Assembly (NCBI GenBank): GCA_964595665.1
Contig: CAZQQS010000010.1
Span: forward strand, 1-18,695
Length of the DNA: 18,695 bases
Reading direction: 5' to 3'
Source of the DNA: an uncultured archaeon
GTDB lineage: Archaea > Iainarchaeota > Iainarchaeia > Iainarchaeales > 0-14-0-20-30-16
Shown here: positions 14,501 to 18,695 of the stretch, one piece after another
How positions within the stretch are numbered: position 1 is the first letter of the stretch
Layout of the letters: each line of letters starts with the position of its first letter
The notes under the pieces: generated by a model
Seen by the model: only the letters and a program-made list of their open reading frames with translations
What the model was told of the DNA's origin: nothing
Databases searched by the model: none
Translations under genes and position numbers: made by a program

Positions 14501-15450
14501 AATCTTAAATTGTCCCATTCAGATAAATTACTTTTTGATATAGCCAATTTAAAATAATCTGACAAAGTATTTGCAATACTTTTAGTTAAAATAAAACTTG
14601 CAACTAATCCGGCAGTAGAAATGCTTTTCATACCAAAATAAGCTATACTTCCAGTTGCAAATATCGAAGAGGCCCAACCAAAAACATTACTTTCAAAACT
14701 TATATCTGTGTTTAAAGTTGTTAATGCAGTTTGCAATTCTATTTTAGATTCTTCTGTAGAATAATTTTTTATATAAAAATCTATGGAGGATTTTGCCAAA
14801 GATTCTTTTACATCTATATCTTTTCCAGTAGATTTTATGAATTCATTAATAACGTTATTTAATTCAATATATTGCAAATATACTTTTGAATCTTGCATTA
14901 ATAAAACATTTTTATCCAATAAATCTTTCTTTATTGAAAACAAAGACGCAATAAAACTAAACATAAATTCATTTGTATGATAATCCAGACGTTTTGTGTT
15001 ATCCAACAATTCTTCTTTATATTCCAAATAATCTGTATCAAAAAAACTATCACATATTGAATTTATTTGAATAAAATTATAGGCTATTTTATCACTATAC
15101 TTCCAAGACTCAATTAAATTATATCTATAATTATTTATTAAATTCTGAGATTCAATACTTAAATTATTAAAGATTATATTTGGGGAAATATTGCTATTAA
15201 ATGATTTTTCACAATCTTTATTAGTTACCCCATTAGAATAAGATGAACAAATGGGATAATTATTTAATGGGTTACTAATTTCTTTGCATAATTTTTTTGC
15301 ATCCGTATAAGATACACAATCTGAATCTTCATCATTAACACAAAAAGTAACGCAACCTGAAAAAAACACCATTAAAAGCAAGCTAAAAAATAATACAAAA
15401 ATAGGAATATTTTTATTAATACTCTTACTATAATTATATTTAGAGGACAT
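11551..15450 (-). CDS. Giant (1299 aa) surface protein: lipobox signal peptide, Cys-rich head, hydrophobic hairpin, long coiled-coil/beta-rich ectodomain, C-terminal TM anchor
   Basis: Uninterrupted 3.9-kb ORF. N-terminus IPIFVLFFSLLLMVFFSGC has lipobox-like FSGC with Cys at aa 33, followed by 6 further Cys within about 50 aa. Internal hydrophobic stretch FGWASSIFATGSIAYFGMKSISTAGLVASFIL. Asn/Leu/Lys/Ser/Glu-rich heptad-like regions. C-terminal YSLYIGIGFIILLAFLVYFFGKKY plus a short charged tail. Confidence 0.85.
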   Translation of the reverse strand: MSSKYNYSKSINKNIPIFVLFFSLLLMVFFSGCVTFCVNDEDSDCVSYTDAKKLCKEISNPLNNYPICSSYSNGVTNKDCEKSFNSNISPNIIFNNLSIESQNLINNYRYNLIESWKYSDKIAYNFIQINSICDSFFDTDYLEYKEELLDNTKRLDYHTNEFMFSFIASLFSIKKDLLDKNVLLMQDSKVYLQYIELNNVINEFIKSTGKDIDVKESLAKSSIDFYIKNYSTEESKIELQTALTTLNTDISFESNVFGWASSIFATGSIAYFGMKSISTAGLVASFILTKSIANTLSDYFKLAISKSNLSEWDNLRFFRVFLQDFEKSFGKNSYSPKAYFDLVKDIDLELTNLEQDVLKRKSALEKKLNVFELQLNSKIINKDEFTLLYNKYNLVKSPNELSKLITNSKLELVNFPKLSLGEKYSKLNTLEQKINELESELLVFEEADLKSLITLCTADLTLEKQSFSYLESNANKPLLENYLNLFFKSAIDREKLLYCNNYFELKDNSKENCTYYLKNLSNFLGLEYNLEDCESQLNTYIFKLNTSIQYQNFKQEVKLLDELYFAYENLYQNSSCISYEKYYSYLLEYNSLFGKTKYSDDKITNIFLVSQNVLDYSSKLNLLKEAIKKDLQNNLNCYFNSIYELNELKLELYPYLGDLELNYEIKFNDLLFSTVSGDCIASFNLDSQIIKFTCLKDIFKLDVKQNFIQSIKTKSLELNSNKLNLVQEVCLINSKIYEVINLGFDKDSILSHSVSLNGVILNSKIDQDLKIYFNSITNKKVCLDVTFILDNSINLKYKLINISGNNLIYEIYVGNNLEMSLDNLEIFIPNINDVLLNKISFKENLEYGTKADKIYFNIDLLPLESKTITMIITKDSLEFNSEIEALEKDILNLEKLPWVSNEKIFELKKLLDSLKNSKDSLTLAKGIVSLKSKIDVLLSESITNSLYELQRKDKIQLMLNYKEQFNSAKDILSSDYNIYLNDLPNFADIDSIIKQSDELYALGKIKESLKILDNFEFKNKEIEEIILSIFNNKTKEFNELKKSFKEYSLVLDESNILRISSLFNSSLKTYFYENALQYVSEYSKELLVLNSILDVKKTEKSNSQKDLILEYKKYKSDLDFLWTRVLSLDSQINSSRFSSLKDLKISFNFSQKDLESLKTNISKLTKQTLNLDLLLKENNISEKTFLEFFYDFDILEKNIKTIEAELQDTAKNKLVYAKANLKNERDYLQARDYYDLNSYVDSIYFSGLAILGSSNKDYSLYIGIGFIILLAFLVYFFGKKYTPKKEIPKETYYSLDKED

Positions 15451-15498
15451 AATGTCTACTATATAGCAACTTTGAAAAATATAAATGTTTTGGTCTTT
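15451..15498. promoter_or_regulatory. Compact divergent promoter region between the giant surface-protein gene and the wHTH gene
   Basis: The two divergent starts are only 48 bp apart. A/T palindromic TATA-like boxes are present (CTATATAG 15459-15466; AAATATAAAT 15477-15486) and could serve either direction. No experimental support. Confidence 0.3.
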
Positions 15499-15858
15499 AT
15501 GGAAGAAATAAGAATATATATGCGATATGAACGAAGAGAAATGAATCCAGCATACGCATTCTTAGAGGCTCTGGGTTTTGATAAGAATCAAGATAAAGTT
15601 GCCAAGATATTAGAAGAATTAAAGAAAAAACCCTTAAGTTCATTAGAATTGAGCAAAAAAATTGATTTGAGTAGAAGCACAACAATTTATTATTTGGATA
15701 TTTTATTAAAAAGAGGGTTAATTTGCCATTACAACAAAAAGTTTTATTTAGCTGGGAATGCTTTTAGTCAAGTAATCCAAGTAATTGAAATGGAAACAAC
15801 AAAAAGTATAATGCATTTGAAAAAGATTGCAAAAGAATTAGATGAAAAAACTAAATGA
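15499..15858 (+). CDS. Small winged-helix (ArsR/TrmB-like) transcriptional regulator
   Basis: KVAKILEELKKKPLSSLELSKKIDLSRSTTIYYLDILLKRGLI is a helix-turn-helix plus wing (HYNKKFYL). The start is uncertain: track TTG 15472, or ATG at 15499, 15520 or 15541. The stop overlaps the next gene start (ATGA). Confidence 0.7.
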   Translation: MEEIRIYMRYERREMNPAYAFLEALGFDKNQDKVAKILEELKKKPLSSLELSKKIDLSRSTTIYYLDILLKRGLICHYNKKFYLAGNAFSQVIQVIEMETTKSIMHLKKIAKELDEKTK

Positions 15859-16370
15859 TTCAAATGATTAGATACTTATTTTATCCAGGAGTTGTTGTAC
15901 ATGAATTTGCACACTTAATAATATGTATATTCTTAAATGTTAAAGTAAGCAAATTGAAATTCGGATTAAAAGAATCTTATGTAAAACACGATAGTACAGG
16001 GCCAATAAGAATGGCCTTAATTGCTTTAGCCCCATTTTATATTGGAATAATTATTTCTTTTTTAACAATTATTTTTGCAAAAGAATTAAATTTTGCATGG
16101 TTCTTATTTTTTAATTATTTAATATTTGCAATACTTTACAACTCTTTACCAAGTATTCAAGATATAAAAAATATTGTTTCGTCAATAAAAGAAAGCATCC
16201 AAAAAGACTGGAAAAAAAATTTTGCCAGAAAATTAATCTTATTATTAAAAATACCTTTAATATTCTTTCCAATATACCTATGTGCCAAAATAATTGGATT
16301 AATAGATAAATTTGAAATCTTAAGAATTTTATATGTTATGTTTATATTTATATTAATTTATACTTTTTAA
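15855..16370 (+). CDS. Minimal membrane-embedded zinc metalloprotease, site-2-protease (M50/M50B)-like (171 aa)
   Basis: HExxH lies inside the first hydrophobic segment (PGVVVHEFAHLIICIFLNVKVSKLKFG; compare the RseP-type HEFGHF..A...G.+VE.F motif). A later membrane motif LYNSLPSIQD resembles the M50 NxxPxxxxDG. About 5 TM segments. 4-nt ATGA overlap with the wHTH gene. Confidence 0.6.
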   Translation: MIQMIRYLFYPGVVVHEFAHLIICIFLNVKVSKLKFGLKESYVKHDSTGPIRMALIALAPFYIGIIISFLTIIFAKELNFAWFLFFNYLIFAILYNSLPSIQDIKNIVSSIKESIQKDWKKNFARKLILLLKIPLIFFPIYLCAKIIGLIDKFEILRILYVMFIFILIYTF

Positions 16371-16432
16371 ACAACAATATTTTTAAACCCTAATGTTCCA
16401 TTAATATATACTAATTTTATATAATTAGCTTT

Positions 16433-16505
16433 GCGCCTATGGTCCAGCGGTTACGACGTCGCCCTTACAAGGCGAAGATCCCCGGTTCAATCCCGGGTAG
16501 GCGCA
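16433..16505 (+). tRNA. tRNA-Val (anticodon TAC)
   Basis: Acceptor GCGCCTA/TAGGCGC, anticodon stem TCGCC/GGCGA with loop CTTACAA, T arm CCCGG-TTCAATC-CCGGG, discriminator A. Confidence 0.9.
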
Positions 16506-16527
16506 TACAAAATAAAAAGGGATAATT

Positions 16528-16686
16528 ATGACATTTGAAGAAGCAAATAATAGATTATTAAAAGATGTATGGATATGCATGAGCTGTGGAGCAAAACAAA
16601 GAGGTTCAAAAGCCAAAGCACCTAGCAAATGTAATAAATGTAGTAGATCTGAATTCAGAATAAAACATAAACAAAAGAAGAAGTAA
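16528..16686 (+). CDS. rpl40e: 50S ribosomal protein L40e (52 aa; not in the ORF track)
   Basis: MTFEEANNRLLKDVWICMSCGAKQRGSKAKAPSKCNKCSRSEFRIKHKQKKK* has the CxxC...CxxC zinc ribbon and the ICM.CGA motif typical of archaeal L40e. AAGGG lies 8 nt upstream. It starts 22 nt after tRNA-Val. Confidence 0.8.
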   Translation: MTFEEANNRLLKDVWICMSCGAKQRGSKAKAPSKCNKCSRSEFRIKHKQKKK

Positions 16687-16706
16687 AGTAATACTTTACT
16701 TTTTTT
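16681..16706 (+). terminator. Hairpin + T-run terminator after rpl40e
   Basis: AAGTAAAG(16681-16688)-TAATA-CTTTACTT(16694-16701) followed by TTTTT. The stem includes the TAA stop. Confidence 0.5.
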
Positions 16707-16775
16707 ACTTATTTTTAAACTACTTTTAATTTACCAGAATATTTTGAATTGTTTAAAATATAATTCAAATCTATA

Positions 16776-17445
16776 TTGTATTCTATTGCAAATAAATATG
16801 ATATTCAAAATAAAGCTAGTTTAAAAAAATATGATTTAGATATTAAATTTTTTGAAAACATAAAGATTAAAAAGATTAAACCAAAAACCGTACTTGATTT
16901 AGGGTGTGGAACAGGAAATCTAAACTCAATAGCAATAACAACCTTTCCAAGCATAAATAAAATTATAGGTATTGACAACTCTAAAGAAGAAATAAAGATT
17001 GCTAAAAAAAAATAATCTTAGTGAAAAAATTAATTTTTTTGTTAGGGATATGAATAAAACACAATTACCTAAAAATTATTTTGATTTAATATATAGTAGA
17101 CTTGCAATACACTACTCTAAAAACTTAAATGAAACATTCAAAGAATTAAATAGAATAACTAAATCCAAAGGTTGGATATATTTCCAGGATGCGCACCCAA
17201 TATATTCTTTATTTTTAAAAAAATCTAAAGATTATGAAAAAAAAGAAAATGTAGAATTTTTAATTCAAGGTGGAGATTTAAAAGTTGTTCACCCAACATT
17301 CACTTTAGAGGAATACATTAACGCAATAATAAATAATGGTTGGAAAATAGAATTGTTTAGAGAAATTTATGGACCTAGGAGTAATAGTATAAAAAACTAT
17401 AGATTGCCAGCTACGTTTATTATGTTGTTAAGAAAAACAAATTAA
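16776..17445 (+). pseudogene. Class I SAM-dependent methyltransferase interrupted by a frameshift in an A9 homopolymer
   Basis: ORF 16776..17015 carries motif I (VLDLGCGTGNL) and IGIDNS. ORF 16999..17445, in the +1 frame, carries the rest (INFFVRDM, DLIYSRLAIHY, KSKGWIYFQD). They join seamlessly if the run A(17004-17012) is one base shorter (..EEIKIAKKNNLSEKINFF..). The first ORF has only a TTG start. Confidence 0.7.
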
Positions 17446-17612
17446 AATTAATGTTAGAAAATGCAAAACACATTATGATAAATAGTGATGCGCATTGTTT
17501 ATTTGAAATGAAAAACTCTATCAATTATGCCTATAAGTGGTTAAAAGAAAATATTTATTTGTAAAAACTTACCATTTATAAACTTAATCTCGCCGTAATT
17601 ATATACTATTTT

Positions 17613-17686
17613 GGCCTCATAGCCTAGTTGGATAAGGCGTCAGCCTTCTAAGCTGAAGATCGTGGGTTCGAGTCCCACTGGGGTCA
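17613..17686 (+). tRNA. tRNA-Arg (anticodon TCT)
   Basis: Acceptor GGCCTCA/TGGGGTC, D arm GCCT-AGTTGGATA-AGGC, anticodon stem TCAGC/GCTGA with loop CTTCTAA, T arm GTGGG-TTCGAGT-CCCAC, discriminator A. TATA-like TTTATAAA at 17575-17582. Confidence 0.9.
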
Positions 17687-17717
17687 TATTTAATTTTCTC
17701 ATTCTTCTAAAAATAAA

Positions 17718-17767
17718 TAAGTTCCTAAGAAGTCCCCTCTCCGGCGCCTTTCTTAGGCTAATTTTAA
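17718..17767 (+). repeat. Copy 2 of the conserved 50-nt GC-rich hairpin element downstream of tRNA-Arg(TCT)
   Basis: TAAGTTCCTAAGAAGTCCCCTCTCCGGCGCCTTTCTTAGGCTAATTTTAA. CCTAAGAA (17724-17731) pairs perfectly with TTCTTAGG (17750-17757). It starts 31 nt after the tRNA 3' end and matches the minus-strand reading of 5044..5093 at 41/50 positions. Confidence 0.55.
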
Positions 17768-17998
17768 CTTATAATTATAGCCTTCTAAAAAATAATTTTT
17801 TATTTATAAATTAATTCAAAACTTAATTATCAATATTTTTTTAAAAAAACTAACTACATTATTTTATATTCTGTTTGTACTTTTTTAATTAAAACCAAAT
17901 AAAAATATTGAGCGTAAGCTCTACTTTTTTCTTAGAAAAAATTTTTTAAAATTTTTTTAATTCATGACATAAGTCTGTTAATTTTGTGGGGTGATTTT

Positions 17999-18229
17999 AT
18001 GAACGAAAATGTCTTAGATTTGGAATATAAATTATTGATGAAAGAACAATTAGAAAGAGAATTAGAACAAATACTTTACAAAAAATTCTTAAAAGATTTT
18101 AGAATATCTATTTCAGCAGATGCAGATATTTTAACTTCAAGTGAATTAAAACATGAAGAAAAACAAGAAGTATTAAGAATTATTAGCGCATACTTGATTG
18201 CTTTTGACTCGGAAAAACCAATCAATTAA
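17999..18229 (+). CDS. Small helical hypothetical protein (76 aa from the ATG)
   Basis: The ATG at 17999 is preceded by SD GGGGTGAT (17988-17995); the track TTG start at 17984 lies inside the SD. Charged, helical-looking sequence with no family recognised. Confidence 0.55.
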   Translation: MNENVLDLEYKLLMKEQLERELEQILYKKFLKDFRISISADADILTSSELKHEEKQEVLRIISAYLIAFDSEKPIN

Positions 18230-18276
18230 AAGGTTTTCCCTTCTAATTATATAAAACTAATTTTATGGGTGATTAA

Positions 18277-18695
18277 ATGAATGTTAAAAATAATGATTGG
18301 GTAGGCGTAGAATATACTGGAAAAATTCAAGAAAAAATATTTGATTCAAATGTTGGTAAAGAACCATTAATATTTAAAGTTGGTGCACAAATGGTTATCC
18401 CAGGATTTGAAAAAGCAGTTTTAGATTTAGAATTAAATGAAGAAAAAGAAATAACTATTCCTGCAAAAGATGCTTATGGGGAATTAAAAACTGATGCTAT
18501 GGATTTACCAAAACAAATTTTTGGTGATTTAACATTAACAATAAATGAAGAAAAAGAAATTATGACTAATGTTGGTCCAATTTTAATAAAAGTTTTAGAA
18601 ATAACTGAAGATAAAGTTAAAGCTATTTTAAATCATCCTTTAGCTGGAAAAGATTTAACATTTAAAATAAAATTATTAAAGATTTTAGATGAAAA
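18277..18695 (+). CDS. FKBP-type peptidyl-prolyl cis-trans isomerase (SlyD-like, with insert-in-flap region), 3' end outside the window
   Basis: MNVKNNDWVGVEYTGKIQEKIFDSNVGKEPLIFKVGAQMVIPGFEKAVLDLELNEEKEITIPAKDAYGE...LNHPLAGKDLTFKIKLLKI carries the FKBP signatures (V.Y.G...FDS, G....IPGFE, AYG, NHPLAGK.L.F). SD GGGTGAT at 18267-18273. Absent from the track because no stop lies in the window. Confidence 0.85.
   Translation, partial: MNVKNNDWVGVEYTGKIQEKIFDSNVGKEPLIFKVGAQMVIPGFEKAVLDLELNEEKEITIPAKDAYGELKTDAMDLPKQIFGDLTLTINEEKEIMTNVGPILIKVLEITEDKVKAILNHPLAGKDLTFKIKLLKILDE

Noticed and set aside
761-15685. Antisense or shadow ORFs in the track (761..991, 1207..1413, 2305..2493, 2943..3296, 3185..3397, 4183..4503, 4543..4797, 6058..6291, 7261..7746, 7709..7948, 10166..10366, 11139..11447, 12653..12889, 14081..14287, 14783..14980, 15497..15685)
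   Set aside because: Each lies inside and opposite to, or out of frame with, a longer ORF that has recognisable motifs or signal peptides. Their products are low-complexity Phe/Leu/Ile/Ser-rich strings, as expected from reading AT-rich coding DNA in the wrong frame, and none has an SD.
16437-16628. 63-aa minus-strand ORF
   Set aside because: It overlaps tRNA-Val and is antisense to a well-supported L40e gene. It has no SD and no recognisable family.
5044-17767. Inverted E copies plus flanking tRNAs as the ends of a 12.7-kb integrated mobile element or genomic island
   Set aside because: The interior is core housekeeping (dnaG, rps15, rps3ae, rpl40e, tRNA-Val, tRNA-binding protein). It contains no integrase, transposase or phage/plasmid gene, and the repeats are inverted, not direct as expected for att sites.
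17910-17921. GAGC-GTAA-GCTC mini-hairpin (GNRA-type loop) followed by a T-run in the long spacer before 17999
   Set aside because: It has only a 4-bp stem, a single occurrence and no conserved partner in the window, so it is not distinguishable from chance.
1-18695. Looked for CRISPR arrays, tandem repeats, IS/transposase ends, toxin-antitoxin pairs, restriction-modification or other known defence gene signatures
   Set aside because: No regularly spaced direct repeats and no nuclease, ATPase or recombinase motifs were recognisable in any ORF. The two stand-alone methyltransferases have no adjacent endonuclease-like partner and look like small-molecule or RNA class I enzymes, not DNA MTases (no DPPY/NPPY or PCQ motifs seen).

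Overview
Strongly AT-rich archaeal chromosomal segment. The archaeal call rests on an archaeal-type DnaG primase, ribosomal proteins S3Ae, S15P/S13e and L40e, a UPF0147 protein, AsnRS and a SlyD-like FKBP, with GGTGAT-type Shine-Dalgarno motifs before most genes. It looks like a small-genome, DPANN-like archaeon, but that lineage is inference. I call 22 CDS, 1 frameshifted methyltransferase pseudogene, 4 tRNAs (Asn-GTT, Arg-GCG, Val-TAC, Arg-TCT), several hairpin+T-run terminators and a two-copy GC-rich element. Three of the CDS are absent from the ORF track: a 5' edge fragment, the 52-aa L40e and the 3' edge FKBP. No CRISPR, integrase, transposase or recognisable defence gene is present. Candidates for something new, in my order of interest: (1) a conserved 50-nt GC-rich hairpin element about 32 nt downstream of both tRNA-Arg genes. 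Each copy belongs to a mirror-image module (SAM-methyltransferase -> tRNA-Arg -> element), and the two modules bracket a 12.6-kb housekeeping block. (2) a translationally coupled wHTH regulator plus minimal site-2-protease-like membrane metalloprotease, divergent from a 1299-aa lipobox/C-terminal-anchor giant surface protein. (3) a tandem trio of MPKP-leader secreted paralogues. (4) a lycopene-cyclase-domain membrane protein near a B12-binding radical SAM + methyltransferase pair, a possible isoprenoid/lipid tailoring locus. Every family assignment comes from motif recognition by eye; no searches were run.
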